Source: a virus
Strand: one strand, 5' to 3'
Virus record (IMG/VR): IMGVR_UViG_3300021400_000042
Length of the DNA stretch: 64,000 nucleotides
In this document: positions 63,755 to 64,000 of the stretch, piece by piece
Layout: the number at the start of each line of letters is the position of its first letter
How positions within the stretch are numbered: the first letter of the stretch is position 1
Position numbers and translations under genes: made by a program
The notes under the pieces: model-generated
Database searches by the model: none
Told to the model about the DNA's origin: nothing
The model's input: the letters and a program-made list of their open reading frames with translations, nothing else

Positions 63755-64000
63755 TTGAATATCTTCACGGGCCTTATGGCAAAAATACGGGAGGTGTTAA
63801 GACGATTGATCCCATATAGAAACATAGAGCAGGTGGAGAATATCGAAACTCCCCTGTCAACAGATATGACGAACGCCCTTGACCTGTGGTACAAGCTGTA
63901 TCTGAATCAGGCGTACTGGTTAGGCGGCGAAGCGAATGTGAAATCTTTGAACCTTCCGGCTTTTATCAGTTCCGAGATTGCACGTCAGATTGTGCTTGAA
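63755..64000 (+). CDS. Portal protein, N-terminal part (runs off the 3' window edge)
   Basis: TTG start after a GAGGTGAGG RBS. Open for 82 codons to the window end. Contains LDLWYKLYLNQAYWLGG...SLNLPAFISSEIARQIV, typical of SPP1 gp6-like portals. Confidence 0.65.
   Translation, partial: MNIFTGLMAKIREVLRRLIPYRNIEQVENIETPLSTDMTNALDLWYKLYLNQAYWLGGEANVKSLNLPAFISSEIARQIVLE

Overview
The window looks like one nearly complete, circularly permuted genome of a temperate siphovirus-type phage from a Clostridia-like Firmicute, with about 50% GC. No host genes are visible. A portal gene is split across the two window ends. Almost all genes are on the + strand; the exception is a minus-strand lysogeny operon (XRE repressor, ImmA protease, large serine recombinase).

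Gene order:
- Head module: portal C-terminus, MuF, scaffold, major capsid.
- Head-tail connectors, major tail protein, chaperones and a 1626-aa tape measure.
- Baseplate and a 2009-aa tail fibre.
- A diversity-generating retroelement (DGR): avd, template repeat (TR) and reverse transcriptase (RT).
- Holin and endolysin.
- A repressor-controlled operon of 13 small genes.
- Integrase, ImmA and repressor (minus strand).
- Early and replication genes: DUF2800 nuclease, DUF2815 SSB-like protein, family-A DNA polymerase, ThyX, C5-methyltransferase, NrdH/D/G, MazG, VirE-type primase-helicase, VRR-NUC, SNF2.
- Small Cys-rich and Lar-like proteins, then a sigma/ArpU-like regulator.
- A three-gene effector-like cassette.
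- TerS, TerL, tRNA-Tyr, a TM2 gene, and the portal N-terminus.

Most notable observations:
1. The DGR is complete and has two variable regions (VRs). One is at the tail-fibre tip. The other is about 21.5 kb downstream of the TR, in a stand-alone 201-aa paralogue. Both are followed by the same GC hairpin.
2. A 1.7-kb ORF-poor, structured region between the ssb-like gene and the polymerase carries four tRNA-like modules with aberrant, expanded anticodon arms.
3. A roughly 250-bp iteron-rich element is present twice, 24.5 kb apart. One copy overlaps the 3' end of the primase-helicase gene.
4. One 18-bp operator palindrome occurs at three early promoters.
5. Three late proteins share an MGGRG N-terminus. 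Two of them carry toxin- or peptidase-like domains.
6. A DUF2829 (Tad2-like) protein is encoded in the head module.
7. An A10 tract separates an ORF from a start-less HTH extension.

All domain calls come from motifs read by eye. No database search was run.
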